From a phage: a DNA stretch of 64,000 bases. The translations under genes were made by a program, and so were the position numbers. Under the pieces are notes generated by a model. It did no database searches. It worked only from the letters and a program-made list of their open reading frames with translations, and was not told where the DNA came from. Positions 10,993-21,130 of this stretch are shown here, one piece after another; position 1 is the stretch's first letter; every line of letters starts with the position of its first letter. The stretch lies in sequence record PZ445439.1; one strand, given 5' to 3'.

Positions 10993-12411
10993 TTATGGAT
11001 AGGTATAGATGATACCAGTTTCTAAAGCAGTTTTATGAATGATGTATCCATTGCGTGATTCTTGAACATCAACTTCTGGATAATCTTTCATCATCTTCTG
11101 GAGAGTATAACGATGCAGGTAGTATTTACTATCTGGGTCTTCAGTTTTCCAATCTTTACCTTCTTCGGTCATTTTTTGGATTTCATCCATAACCCACCAT
11201 CCGCACCAGATGTAAGCTGAAGTACGATGTGGAAGAGGATGAACATAAGGCAATTCACCTTCTGGTTCTGGAGCAACTTTATCAGTTACCTGAACTTGAC
11301 CTTCTGCTGTAACAGTTTTGCTATCATAATCAGTGGCGGTAACAGTTGCAGTAACTTCAATAGTTTGACTTCCAATAGATGAGGTGTCAACTGTATACAC
11401 ATTAGTCGATCCTTCTACAGGAGAAGAATCTTTCTTCCATGAATAGGTAATTTGCGCTTCTTCTGGAGCATCAGTCACATTAGCAGTAAATGTAGCCGAA
11501 GCATCTTGTTGAACATTAATAGAAGGAGGAGTCAATGTAATCTGTGGATTCATTGTCTTCTTATTAACTGTCAGTGATACTTCATTAGAAGTAACTTCTT
11601 TTGCATTATAATCATCAGCAGTTACTTGGGCTACGCATTTAATTCTTTTGACTCCATTTGTAGTTGGAGTATAGCTAAATGTAGAGTTAGTTTCTCCACT
11701 AACTTGAGAATCATCTACATACCATTGATACGTAGCAGACGCTCCAGCAGGTTGAGAAGCTAAGGCAGCCGTAAATTGAACTGGGGTTCCAATTACTCCA
11801 GCTGAAGGACTAGCAGGAGTTACTGCCAAGGTAGTTGTTTGGGTCTTTTTATTAACAGTCAGTGACACTTCATTAGAAGTAACGGTTTTTGCATCATAAT
11901 CTGTCGCGGTTACTTGAGCTACACACTTAATTGTTTTAACTCCGCTTGTGTCAGGAGTGTAATTGAATGTAGCGCTAGTTGCTTCGCTCACAGGAGAACC
12001 GTCAACGTGCCATTGATACGTAGCAGATGCGCCTGATGGCTGCGAAGCCAAAGCAGCGGTAAATTCAACAGGAGTTCCAATTACTCCTGCGGCAGGGCTA
12101 TCAGGAGTTACGACTAAGGTAGTTGTCTGTGTCTTATTTTGAACTGTGATAGTTGTAGTAGCTTCTGCTGTTTCAGCTTCACTGTCAGGAATAGTATTTG
12201 TTGCAACAACTTTAATTGTTTTTGTTCCAGCAGGTCCTTTTAACACATAACTAAAAGTTGCTTCAGCTCCATCCTGTGGAACATCGTCTACAGTCCAAGC
12301 ATAGGTAATAGTTCCACCTCCAGTTTCACCACTGGGTGTAGCAGTAAACTGCTGAGTCTGATCTATAACTCCAGTAGGTGTTTTAGGAGTTATATCAACT
12401 GTAAAAGCCAT
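10993..12411 (-). CDS. hoc: Highly immunogenic outer capsid protein Hoc, 472 aa, with an extra tandemly duplicated Ig-like domain relative to T4 Hoc (376 aa)
   Basis: N- and C-terminal regions match recalled T4 Hoc; internal 96-aa unit present twice. Confidence 0.92.
   Translation of the reverse strand: MAFTVDITPKTPTGVIDQTQQFTATPSGETGGGTITYAWTVDDVPQDGAEATFSYVLKGPAGTKTIKVVATNTIPDSEAETAEATTTITVQNKTQTTTLVVTPDSPAAGVIGTPVEFTAALASQPSGASATYQWHVDGSPVSEATSATFNYTPDTSGVKTIKCVAQVTATDYDAKTVTSNEVSLTVNKKTQTTTLAVTPASPSAGVIGTPVQFTAALASQPAGASATYQWYVDDSQVSGETNSTFSYTPTTNGVKRIKCVAQVTADDYNAKEVTSNEVSLTVNKKTMNPQITLTPPSINVQQDASATFTANVTDAPEEAQITYSWKKDSSPVEGSTNVYTVDTSSIGSQTIEVTATVTATDYDSKTVTAEGQVQVTDKVAPEPEGELPYVHPLPHRTSAYIWCGWWVMDEIQKMTEEGKDWKTEDPDSKYYLHRYTLQKMMKDYPEVDVQESRNGYIIHKTALETGIIYTYP
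11557..12136 (-). repeat. Tandem direct repeat, 2 x 288 bp, within hoc (duplicated Ig-like domain); about 75-80 percent nucleotide identity by eye
   Basis: Two consecutive 288-bp blocks align by eye; encoded 96-aa units are highly similar. Confidence 0.85.
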
Positions 12412-12420
12412 AAGTTATCC

Positions 12421-13101
12421 TTATTTTAATGTTACGAAAGAAGAATTGCGTGTTTCGCGAATTAGAACTGATCCGTCGCGGTTAATGTAGTAAATTAAGC
12501 TAAATAAAGTTTGGTGTGCCGACGCATGTTCAAAACTAGTTGGGTGAGATTTCCAATCCGGAGTTTCAGCAATCCACTGGTAAATCCACCAAGGAACAGT
12601 ACAGAATCCTGGATTTTTTCCAATCAGCTGAAGATTAGGACTAAAGTTTTCCGGAAGAGTAAATACAGACGGCTTTTCAGATTCAATAATCTCAGCTACA
12701 GCCTGTTCGAACTTTTCTTCAACAAAAGGAGTGTCTTCAATCAAAACATCAGTATTTTCAGGAATTTTATCCATTTCTACTACTTCAATTTTAATGTCAG
12801 ATTTAACCGGAGAATCAATCAGAAGTGCTGCTTCTGGATTGACTTCTTCATCGTCATATTTTAATCCCTCTGCGGCATCAGCAGCATCAATTAAGTCTTT
12901 AATAGATAACCCATCAGTCTCTGGCATAGGTTCACTAGCGAGCTTCTGGAGGGCTTCTTCAATATCAATAACGATATTATCAAAAGATTTATTCTTTTTG
13001 ACCTTTATACCAAACTGTTCAGCATATTCAGCTAATTTAGCTTTAGCTTCTTTATTATCATCAAGAGCCTTCAGCTCTGCAATATAATCTTTATCTATCA
13101 T
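12421..13101 (-). CDS. inh: Putative Inh, inhibitor of prohead protease (226 aa)
   Basis: ORF track; position between hoc and uvsW as in T4; size fits. Confidence 0.65.
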   Translation of the reverse strand: MIDKDYIAELKALDDNKEAKAKLAEYAEQFGIKVKKNKSFDNIVIDIEEALQKLASEPMPETDGLSIKDLIDAADAAEGLKYDDEEVNPEAALLIDSPVKSDIKIEVVEMDKIPENTDVLIEDTPFVEEKFEQAVAEIIESEKPSVFTLPENFSPNLQLIGKNPGFCTVPWWIYQWIAETPDWKSHPTSFEHASAHQTLFSLIYYINRDGSVLIRETRNSSFVTLK

Positions 13102-13114
13102 AATATTTCCTCAG

Positions 13115-13122
13115 TATAAATA
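13115..13122 (+). promoter_or_regulatory. Late promoter TATAAATA for uvsW
   Basis: Exact motif about 30 nt upstream of uvsW ATG. Confidence 0.65.
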
Positions 13123-13151
13123 TAGATATATTTATTACATGGTATTTAGAC

Positions 13152-14663
13152 ATGACTGACATTAAAGTACATTTTTATGATTTTAGTCACGTGAGAATTG
13201 ATTGTGAAGAAAGTACATTTCATGAACTCCGTGATTTCTTTAGCTTTGAAGCTGATGGGTATCGTTTTAATCCGAAGTACAAATATGGTCACTGGGATGG
13301 ACGAATCCGTCTTTTAGATTATAATCGACTTCTTCCATTTGGATTAGTCGGGCAAATTAAAAAGTTCTGCGATAACTTTGGCTATAAAGCCTGGATTGAC
13401 CCACAAATTAACGAAAAGGAAGAACTGTCAAGAAAAGATTTTGATGAATGGCTTTCTAAATTAGAAATCTATTCAGGAAATAAAAGAATTGAACCGCATT
13501 GGTATCAAAAAGATGCAGTGTTCGAAGGATTAGTTAATCGTCGTAGAATTCTTAATCTTCCAACATCCGCAGGTAAATCTTTAATTCAGGCTTTGCTTGC
13601 TCGATATTATTTGGAAAATTATGAAGGTAAAATTCTTATCATTGTTCCAACAACTGCCTTAACAACTCAGATGGCTGATGACTTTGTTGACTATCGTTTA
13701 TTCAGTCATGCAATGATAAAGAAAATCGGTGGTGGAGCATCAAAAGATGATAAATATAAAAATGATGCACCAGTCGTTGTTGGTACATGGCAAACTGTAG
13801 TAAAACAACCGAAAGAATGGTTCTCGCAATTTGGTATGATGATGAATGATGAATGTCATCTTGCTACAGGAAAAAGTATTTCATCTATCATATCTGGTTT
13901 AAATAACTGTATGTTTAAATTTGGTTTGTCTGGTTCATTACGTGATGGCAAAGCCAATATCATGCAGTATGTTGGAATGTTTGGTGAAATATTTAAGCCA
14001 GTAACGACTTCTAAATTAATGGAAGATGGACAAGTAACTGAGCTAAAAATTAATAGTATTTTTCTTCGTTATCCTGATGAGTTCACTACTAAATTAAAGG
14101 GAAAAACTTACCAAGAAGAAATAAAAATTATTACTGGGCTCAGTAAAAGAAATAAATGGATCGCTAAATTAGCTATTAAGCTTGCGCAAAAAGATGAAAA
14201 CGCTTTTGTCATGTTTAAACATGTATCGCATGGTAAAGCTATTTTCGATTTAATTAAAAATGAATACGATAAAGTTTATTACGTATCAGGGGAAGTTGAT
14301 ACCGAAACACGCAATATAATGAAAACCTTAGCTGAAAACGGTAAAGGAATAATTATAGTAGCTAGTTATGGTGTATTTTCTACTGGTATTTCAGTTAAAA
14401 ATCTGCATCACGTTGTTTTAGCACATGGTGTTAAATCTAAAATTATCGTATTGCAAACAATAGGTCGCGTATTACGTAAGCATGGTTCTAAAACAATCGC
14501 AACAGTCTGGGATCTTATAGATGATTGTGGTGTTAAGCCAAAATCTGCTAATACTAAAAAGAAATATGTTCATTTGAACTATCTTTTAAAACACGGTATT
14601 GATCGCATTCAGCGTTATGCAGATGAAAAATTTAATTACGTAATGAAAACAGTTAATTTATAA
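13152..14663 (+). CDS. uvsW: UvsW RNA-DNA and DNA-DNA helicase (503 aa)
   Basis: ORF track; SF2 helicase motifs; T4 UvsW size; late promoter upstream. Confidence 0.92.
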   Translation: MTDIKVHFYDFSHVRIDCEESTFHELRDFFSFEADGYRFNPKYKYGHWDGRIRLLDYNRLLPFGLVGQIKKFCDNFGYKAWIDPQINEKEELSRKDFDEWLSKLEIYSGNKRIEPHWYQKDAVFEGLVNRRRILNLPTSAGKSLIQALLARYYLENYEGKILIIVPTTALTTQMADDFVDYRLFSHAMIKKIGGGASKDDKYKNDAPVVVGTWQTVVKQPKEWFSQFGMMMNDECHLATGKSISSIISGLNNCMFKFGLSGSLRDGKANIMQYVGMFGEIFKPVTTSKLMEDGQVTELKINSIFLRYPDEFTTKLKGKTYQEEIKIITGLSKRNKWIAKLAIKLAQKDENAFVMFKHVSHGKAIFDLIKNEYDKVYYVSGEVDTETRNIMKTLAENGKGIIIVASYGVFSTGISVKNLHHVVLAHGVKSKIIVLQTIGRVLRKHGSKTIATVWDLIDDCGVKPKSANTKKKYVHLNYLLKHGIDRIQRYADEKFNYVMKTVNL

Positions 14664-14676
14664 GGGCTTCGGCCCT
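14663..14676 (+). other. Short stem-loop with UUCG loop between uvsW and uvsW.1
   Basis: agggc-ttcg-gccct. Confidence 0.4.
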
Positions 14677-14688
14677 TTGGAGAAAAAG

Positions 14689-14919
14689 ATGTTACTAGAA
14701 TTTAAACAATTTCTTTATGAAGCTTCTATTGATGAATTTATGGGTAAAATTGCCTCTTGCCAAACATTAGAAGGTTTAGAAGAACTTGAAGCTTATTATA
14801 AGAAAAGAGTTAAAGAAACTGAATTAAAAGATACTGATGACATCTCTGTGAGAGATGCTTTGGCAGGAAAAAGAGCTGAATTAGAAGATTCAGACGATGA
14901 AGTAGAAGAAAGCTTTTAA
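14689..14919 (+). CDS. uvsW.1: UvsW.1 (76 aa from ATG at 14689; track ORF begins at TTG 14677)
   Basis: Matches recalled T4 UvsW.1 from MLLEFKQF; GGAG upstream. Confidence 0.85.
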   Translation: MLLEFKQFLYEASIDEFMGKIASCQTLEGLEELEAYYKKRVKETELKDTDDISVRDALAGKRAELEDSDDEVEESF

Positions 14920-14974
14920 ATCAAAAAAGGCCCAACCAAAAAGGAAGGGCCAAAACTATAGACTAAAGGTCACA

Positions 14975-15142
14975 CTATAGCAAAAGTTGTGTTTCATTTA
15001 ATTGTTCTTCCGAACTTTCTGAAACTGGTAGTTCTTTAATGTAATTATAGCAAGGCCCAGGATGTACAGGACCTTTGTCTGTTTCAACAACCAATGCAGA
15101 ATCGATTGGAGTTTTACAGACAACACAAATCTTATCTGACAT
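14975..15142 (-). CDS. Small Cys-containing protein, 55 aa (T4 uvsY.-2 position); below the ORF-track size cutoff
   Basis: Manual translation: MSDKICVVCKTPIDSALVVETDKGPVHPGPCYNYIKELPVSESSEEQLNETQLLL; late promoter immediately upstream. Confidence 0.55.
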   Translation of the reverse strand: MSDKICVVCKTPIDSALVVETDKGPVHPGPCYNYIKELPVSESSEEQLNETQLLL

Positions 15143-15167
15143 GATTGTCTCCTCTAAATTATATATC

Positions 15168-15175
15168 TATTTATA
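15168..15175 (-). promoter_or_regulatory. Late promoter TATAAATA (minus strand) upstream of the small uvsY.-2-position ORF
   Basis: Plus-strand tatttata = minus-strand TATAAATA, 26 nt upstream of the ATG at 15142. Confidence 0.55.
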
Positions 15176-15395
15176 TAACTCTCATATGCATATCAATGCC
15201 CATATCTTTAGAATAAAAATATTCATCGAGATATCCGGCAAATTTTCCTTTAATATAAAGGACATCTTCACCGCATGGATGGTCGGCCAGGATACGAATA
15301 TCCTGACGCTTGAGATTATGCTTTTTCATTAAAAATTGAATCTCAGTTTCAAATTCTTCTTCATAATTAAAAGCATCATCAATATTATATCTCAT
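15171..15395 (-). CDS. Hypothetical protein (T4 uvsY.-1 position), 74 aa
   Basis: ORF track; ATG start overlaps uvsY stop. Confidence 0.7.
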   Translation of the reverse strand: MRYNIDDAFNYEEEFETEIQFLMKKHNLKRQDIRILADHPCGEDVLYIKGKFAGYLDEYFYSKDMGIDMHMRVI

Positions 15396-15808
15396 TATTT
15401 TCCAGCCTCAAATGCCCGCATGTCTTGAATATGCTTAATAGCAAATCCTCGTGATTTGATAGCATCAAGAGCTCCACTACAGAAATCTAATAAAATCCCC
15501 CAATACTGCAGCGAGGTATCAACCTTTAAAACATCCTTATCCGCTGATAGAACTGTCTTCATTTCTGATTTCTCATAACGGTCCATACTAAATTCATCAC
15601 CATCTCCTCGTCCCGAGTAGTAGTCTAATTTAGCTTTAAGAGCAACTTTTTTCTGTGCTTCAATTCTAAGCATTTCCTTTTTAATACTTGAATGCTTATT
15701 AAGCCATTTACTATATAGCATTACATTGTTAGCTGCTTCATACTGTAATTTAGTCGAATCTATAAACACATCTTTCTTCAATTCTTCTTGAAGATCTTCT
15801 AATTTCAT
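15395..15808 (-). CDS. uvsY: UvsY recombination mediator protein (137 aa)
   Basis: ORF track; matches recalled T4 UvsY; middle promoter upstream. Confidence 0.93.
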   Translation of the reverse strand: MKLEDLQEELKKDVFIDSTKLQYEAANNVMLYSKWLNKHSSIKKEMLRIEAQKKVALKAKLDYYSGRGDGDEFSMDRYEKSEMKTVLSADKDVLKVDTSLQYWGILLDFCSGALDAIKSRGFAIKHIQDMRAFEAGK

Positions 15809-15845
15809 GTTGTTCTCTATTCAATTGTTATTGGATGGACTTAGA

Positions 15846-15876
15846 TTCATTATACCACGTTTATACGTGAAGCATT
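15846..15876 (-). promoter_or_regulatory. MotA-dependent middle promoter for uvsY (MotA box aaTGCTTcA, 13-bp spacer, -10 TATAAT)
   Basis: Minus-strand reading AATGCTTCACGTATAAACGTGGTATAATGAA; matches T4 middle promoter consensus. Confidence 0.7.
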
Positions 15877-16273
15877 ATACTCTGTTACTGGAAGCCAGTT
15901 GCAGTTTTATCTGCTCAATATCATCAGGGTTATCGATGACCGAAAAGCGTATTTCTACTATCAGAGTATAATCATCATAAACTGGTATCACATTAACTGC
16001 TAATTTGTCAATACGCGGCTCGTAGTTTCTTACTGCGCTTTCGATGTTACGCTCAACCGTATCAGCAGTAAGAGGAGTCATATTTTCAAAAAGCTGATCT
16101 GATAAATCACATCCAAATTCAGGGTCAAACGGTCTTGAACCTTTTCTTGTTGTAATAATTCCCAAAAGACTGTTTTTAATTGACCTTAATCCAAGTGATC
16201 TGGAAACGTCTTTGTTCCAATCCATTTTCATTTCCGGGTCAATGTCAGAATAAAGCTTATTAATATTTGACAT
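15875..16273 (-). CDS. 25: Baseplate wedge protein gp25 (132 aa)
   Basis: ORF track; T4 gp25 size and synteny. Confidence 0.9.
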   Translation of the reverse strand: MSNINKLYSDIDPEMKMDWNKDVSRSLGLRSIKNSLLGIITTRKGSRPFDPEFGCDLSDQLFENMTPLTADTVERNIESAVRNYEPRIDKLAVNVIPVYDDYTLIVEIRFSVIDNPDDIEQIKLQLASSNRV

Positions 16274-16899
16274 TATAGTAACTCAAAGAACTCTTTGAGG
16301 CCTCTTATTACGTGAGCATGGGTTTTTCCACACTCTGGACACTTAATTGGAACAGCCAAATAAACAGTAGGCTTTAAAAGCATATCTTTTATAGCTACAA
16401 TATCTGACTCTGTGATGATAGAATATAAATCTTCCAGCTCTTTTTCATTTAAGTCTTCAACTGGAATGCTTTCCCCGTTAGCGTGTATCGTTTCTATACA
16501 CGATACTATCATGTGGGCTATATTTTTATCATCAAAAATTTTAGGGTAATGGAACTTAATTTTAATGTCGCCTAGTGTATACCAGAGGTCTTCTGGTGCA
16601 TCTATTTGTGTATGTAATAGATTTATATGGGTTGGTATTTCAGTTCCACAGGTGCACTTCCAGGAGTTTTCGTGATTAACTTCACCGAGAGAATGTGCCC
16701 ATAAATGAATCAGTAATAGTTCTGATTCTTGGCGGTTTAAATCTTTTGCATTTGTGCAGTCTTTGATTAGCTTTTTAACAATTTCTTCTACGGAACCATT
16801 ATTTTTGGCAGTAATAAGTTCTAGGTATTCTTTAAGCGTGAATGCGCGACAATTGATTATTTTAGAACCAACTCTCACATCAAATTTGTATTCATACAT
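16273..16899 (-). CDS. 26: Baseplate hub assembly protein gp26 (208 aa)
   Basis: ORF track; synteny; divergent late promoter with gene 51. Confidence 0.88.
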   Translation of the reverse strand: MYEYKFDVRVGSKIINCRAFTLKEYLELITAKNNGSVEEIVKKLIKDCTNAKDLNRQESELLLIHLWAHSLGEVNHENSWKCTCGTEIPTHINLLHTQIDAPEDLWYTLGDIKIKFHYPKIFDDKNIAHMIVSCIETIHANGESIPVEDLNEKELEDLYSIITESDIVAIKDMLLKPTVYLAVPIKCPECGKTHAHVIRGLKEFFELL

Positions 16900-16921
16900 A
16901 TTTTAGCTCCTTTATTTATCA

Positions 16922-16933
16922 TATTTATAAATA
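16922..16933. promoter_or_regulatory. Overlapping divergent late promoters for gene 26 (minus) and gene 51 (plus) within palindromic TATTTATAAATA
   Basis: tatttataaata contains TATAAATA on both strands. Confidence 0.65.
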
Positions 16934-16950
16934 GAATAAAAGGAGCATCT

Positions 16951-17700
16951 ATGGCAAACATTATTCGTTGTAAATTACCAGATGGTGTTCATCGTTTTAA
17001 ACCATTTACGGTAGAAGATTATCGAGATTTTTTGTTAGTTCGAAACGATATAGAACATCGGTCACCACAAGAACAAAAAGAAATAATTACTGATTTAATT
17101 GATGATTATTTTGGAGACTATCCGAAGACTTGGCAACCATTTATATTTTTGCAGGTATTTGTAGGGTCAATAGGTAAAACAAAAGTACCAGTCACATTCG
17201 TATGTCCAAAATGTAAAAAAGAAAAGACAGTTCCATTTGAAATATACCAAAAAGAATTAAAGGAACCTGTTTTTGATGTAGCTAATGTTAAAATTAAATT
17301 AAAGTTTCCTTCTGAGTTTTATGAAAATAAAGCAAAGATGATTACTGAAAATATTCATTCTGTTCAAGTAGATGAAATTTGGTATGATTGGAAGGAAATT
17401 AGCGAGTCTAGTCAAATAGAACTCGTTGACGCCATCGAGATAGAAACATTAGAACAAATTCTCGATGCAATGAATCCTATTAATTTAACTCTACATATGT
17501 CATGCTGTAATAAGTACATTAAAAAATACACTGATATAGTAGACGTGTTTAAGCTATTAGTTAACCCAGATGAGATATTTACTTTTTATCAAATTAATCA
17601 CACACTCGTAAAAAGTAATTATAGCTTAAATTCAATAATGAAAATGATTCCTGCTGAGCGCGGATTCGTATTAAAACTGATTGAGAAGGATAAACAATAA
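16951..17700 (+). CDS. 51: Baseplate hub assembly catalyst gp51 (249 aa)
   Basis: ORF track; synteny; late promoter upstream. Confidence 0.88.
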   Translation: MANIIRCKLPDGVHRFKPFTVEDYRDFLLVRNDIEHRSPQEQKEIITDLIDDYFGDYPKTWQPFIFLQVFVGSIGKTKVPVTFVCPKCKKEKTVPFEIYQKELKEPVFDVANVKIKLKFPSEFYENKAKMITENIHSVQVDEIWYDWKEISESSQIELVDAIEIETLEQILDAMNPINLTLHMSCCNKYIKKYTDIVDVFKLLVNPDEIFTFYQINHTLVKSNYSLNSIMKMIPAERGFVLKLIEKDKQ

Positions 17701-18875
17701 TGAGTATGTTGCAACGCCCCGGATATCCAAATCTCAGCGTTAAATTATTTGATAGCTACGACGCTTGGAGTAATAATAGATTTGTTGAATTAGCTGCTAC
17801 TATTACTACATTAACTATGCGGGATTCTCTTTATGGCCGAAATGAAGGAATGCTGCAGTTTTATGATTCTAAAAACATCCATACAAAAATGGATGGAAAT
17901 GAAATAATTCAGATTTCTGTAGCTAATGCAAATGATATTAATAATGTTAAAACACGAATTTATGGATGTAAGCATTTTTCAGTGTCAGTAGATTCAAAAG
18001 GTGATAACATCATTGCTATTGAATTGGGAACTATTCATTCTATAGAAAATCTTAAATTTGGTAGACCATTTTTCCCTGATGCAGGTGAATCTATAAAAGA
18101 AATGCTTGGTGTCATTTATCAGGATCGCACATTATTAACTCCAGCAATAAATGCTATAAATGCTTATGTTCCTGATATTCCATGGACTAGCACATTTGAA
18201 AACTATTTGTCATATGTAAGAGAAGTTGCTCTAGCTGTAGGAAGCGACAAATTTGTATTTGTATGGCAAGACATCATGGGAGTTAACATGATGGACTATG
18301 ATATGATGATAAATCAAGAACCATATCCAATGATTGTCGGTGAGCCATCTTTAATAGGTCAATTTGTCCAAGAATTAAAATACCCATTAGCATATGATTT
18401 TGTTTGGTTGACTAAATCGAATCCTCACAAACGTGACCCAATGAAAAATGCTACTATCTATGCTCATTCATTTTTAGATTCTTCACTGCCAATGATTACT
18501 ACAGGAAAGGGCGAAAACTCTATTGTAGTGTCAAGGTCAGGTGCTTATTCTGAAATGACTTATAGGAATGGATATGAAGAAGCTATTCGTCTTCAAACTA
18601 TGGCACAATATGACGGCTATGCTAAATGTTCTACTGTCGGTAATTTTAACTTGACTCCTGGTGTTAAAATTATTTTTAATGATAGTAAAAACCAATTTAA
18701 AACAGAATTTTACGTTGATGAAGTTATCCATGAATTATCAAATAATAATTCAGTAACTCATCTTTATATGTTCACTAATGCAACGAAACTGGAAACAATA
18801 GACCCAGTTAAGGTTAAAAATGAATTTAAATCTGATACTACCACTGAAGAAAGTAGTTCTTCCAATAAGCAATAA
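17700..18875 (+). CDS. 27: Baseplate hub protein gp27 (391 aa)
   Basis: ORF track; T4 gp27 size and synteny. Confidence 0.92.
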   Translation: MSMLQRPGYPNLSVKLFDSYDAWSNNRFVELAATITTLTMRDSLYGRNEGMLQFYDSKNIHTKMDGNEIIQISVANANDINNVKTRIYGCKHFSVSVDSKGDNIIAIELGTIHSIENLKFGRPFFPDAGESIKEMLGVIYQDRTLLTPAINAINAYVPDIPWTSTFENYLSYVREVALAVGSDKFVFVWQDIMGVNMMDYDMMINQEPYPMIVGEPSLIGQFVQELKYPLAYDFVWLTKSNPHKRDPMKNATIYAHSFLDSSLPMITTGKGENSIVVSRSGAYSEMTYRNGYEEAIRLQTMAQYDGYAKCSTVGNFNLTPGVKIIFNDSKNQFKTEFYVDEVIHELSNNNSVTHLYMFTNATKLETIDPVKVKNEFKSDTTTEESSSSNKQ

Positions 18876-19353
18876 AGAAGTTTCTATTCCTAAAATGGGT
18901 CTTAAACATTATAACATTTTAAAGGATGTTAAAGGTCCTGATGAAAATTTAAAACTTCTTATTGATTCTATTTGTCCGAATTTATCACCGGCAGAAGTTG
19001 ATTTCGTTTCTATTCATTTATTGGAATTTAATGGAAAGATTAAATCTCGTAAAGAAATAGATGGCTATACTTATGACATTAATGATGTCTATGTATGCCA
19101 AAGATTGGAATTTCAATACCAAGGAAATACATTTTATTTTAGACCTCCTGGAAAATTTGAACAATTTTTAACGGTGAGCGATATGTTATCTAAATGCTTA
19201 CTTAAGGTCAATGATGAAGTTAAAGAAATTAATTTTCTTGAGATGCCAGCATTCGTTTTAAAATGGGCAAATGATATTTTTACAACTTTAGCAATTCCTG
19301 GCCCTAATGGTCCAATAACTGGAATTGGCAATATTATTGGATTATTTGAATGA
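18820..19353 (+). CDS. 28: Baseplate hub distal subunit gp28 (177 aa)
   Basis: ORF track; size and synteny; overlaps gene 27 3-prime end. Confidence 0.85.
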   Translation: MNLNLILPLKKVVLPISNKEVSIPKMGLKHYNILKDVKGPDENLKLLIDSICPNLSPAEVDFVSIHLLEFNGKIKSRKEIDGYTYDINDVYVCQRLEFQYQGNTFYFRPPGKFEQFLTVSDMLSKCLLKVNDEVKEINFLEMPAFVLKWANDIFTTLAIPGPNGPITGIGNIIGLFE

Positions 19354-21122
19354 AAAAGCCACAAGAAATGCAAACGATGCGTAGAAAAGTTATTTCAGAT
19401 AATAAACCAACACAGGAAGCGGCTAAATCTGCTTCTAACACTTTATCTGGACTTAATGATATATCTACGAAATTGGATGATACTCAAGCTGCTTCTGAAT
19501 TAATAGCTCAAACTGTCGAAGAAAAATCGAATGAAATAGTTGGAGCAATTGGTAACGTAGAAAGCGCAGTGAGTGATACTACTGCCGGTTCTGAGTTAAT
19601 TGCTGAAACTGTCGAAATTGGCAACAATATTAATAAAGAAATCGGTGAATCACTCGGAAGCAAATTAGATAAATTAACGAGTTTATTAGAACAAAAAATT
19701 CAGACAGCTGGAATTCAACAGACTGGGACTAGTTTAGCTACAGTTGAAAGCGCTATTCCTGTTAAAGTCGTTGAGGATGATACTGCTGAATCTGTGGGTC
19801 CTTTATTACCGGCTCCCGAAGCAGTTAATAATGATCCTGATGCTGATTTTTTCCCTACTCCTCAGCCAGTTGAGCCAAAGCAAGAATCACCAGAAGAAAA
19901 ACAGAAAAAAGAAGCATTTAACTTAAAATTATCTCAAGCTTTAGATAAATTAACAAAGACAGTTGATTTTGGATTTAAGAAATCCATTTCAATTACTGAT
20001 AAAATATCAAGCATGCTATTTAAGTACACCGTCAGTGCTGCTATTGAAGCTGCTAAAATGACTGCAATGATACTGGCTGTTGTTGTTGGAATAGACCTTT
20101 TGATGGTTCACTTTAAATACTGGTCAGATAAATTTTCGCAGGCTTGGGATTTGTTTAGTTCAAACTTTACTAAATTCTCTAGCGAAACCGGAACATGGGG
20201 TCCTTTATTACAGAGCATCTTTAGTTCTATTGATGAAATTAAAAAATTCTGGGAAGAGGGAGATTGGGGTGGTTTGACGGTAGCTATTGTAGAAGGGCTT
20301 GGAAAGGTTCTTTATAATTTAGGAGAACTTATTCAGCTTGGAATGGCTAAATTATCTGCTGCAATTCTTCGAGTCATTCCTGGCATGAAAGACACTGCTG
20401 ATGAAGTAGAAGGGAGAGCATTGGAAAATTTCCAAAATTCTACCGGAGCGTCTCTCAATAAAGAAGACCAGGAAAAAGTTGCAAATTATCAAGATAAAAG
20501 AATGAATGGAGACCTTGGTCCGATAGCAAAAGGATTAGACAAAATTGCAAACTGGAAAACTCGTGCATCTAACTGGATTCGTGGTGTTGATAATAAAGAA
20601 GCACTGACTACCGACGAAGAGCGTGCGGCAGAAGAAGAAAAATTAAAGCAACTTTCGCCTGAAGAAAGAAAAAATGCTTTAATGAAGGCTAATGAAGCCC
20701 GCGCTGCGATGATTCGTTTTGAAAAATATGCTGATTCAGCTGATATGAGTAAAGACTCAACGGTTAAATCTGTTGAATCTGCCTATGAAGACCTTAAAAA
20801 ACGGATGGATGACCCGGATTTAAATAATTCACCGGCAGTTAAAAAAGAACTTGCTGCTAGATTTTCTAAAATTGATGCTACTTATCAAGAGCTCAAGAAA
20901 AATCAGCCTAATGCCAAACCTGAAACTTCTGCTAAATCGCCAGAAGCGAAACAGGTCCAGGTTATTGAAAAGAACAAAGCACAGCAAACTCCTGTTCAGC
21001 AAGCATCTCCTTCAATCAATAATACTAATAATGTTATTAAGAAAAATACTGTCGTTCATAATATGACACCTGTCACAAGCACAACTGCTCCTGGTGTATT
21101 TGATGCGACTGGAGTTAATTAA
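19350..21122 (+). CDS. 29: Baseplate hub / tail length determinator gp29 (590 aa)
   Basis: ORF track; T4 gp29 size and synteny. Confidence 0.92.
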   Translation: MKKPQEMQTMRRKVISDNKPTQEAAKSASNTLSGLNDISTKLDDTQAASELIAQTVEEKSNEIVGAIGNVESAVSDTTAGSELIAETVEIGNNINKEIGESLGSKLDKLTSLLEQKIQTAGIQQTGTSLATVESAIPVKVVEDDTAESVGPLLPAPEAVNNDPDADFFPTPQPVEPKQESPEEKQKKEAFNLKLSQALDKLTKTVDFGFKKSISITDKISSMLFKYTVSAAIEAAKMTAMILAVVVGIDLLMVHFKYWSDKFSQAWDLFSSNFTKFSSETGTWGPLLQSIFSSIDEIKKFWEEGDWGGLTVAIVEGLGKVLYNLGELIQLGMAKLSAAILRVIPGMKDTADEVEGRALENFQNSTGASLNKEDQEKVANYQDKRMNGDLGPIAKGLDKIANWKTRASNWIRGVDNKEALTTDEERAAEEEKLKQLSPEERKNALMKANEARAAMIRFEKYADSADMSKDSTVKSVESAYEDLKKRMDDPDLNNSPAVKKELAARFSKIDATYQELKKNQPNAKPETSAKSPEAKQVQVIEKNKAQQTPVQQASPSINNTNNVIKKNTVVHNMTPVTSTTAPGVFDATGVN

Positions 21123-21130
21123 GGAATAAT

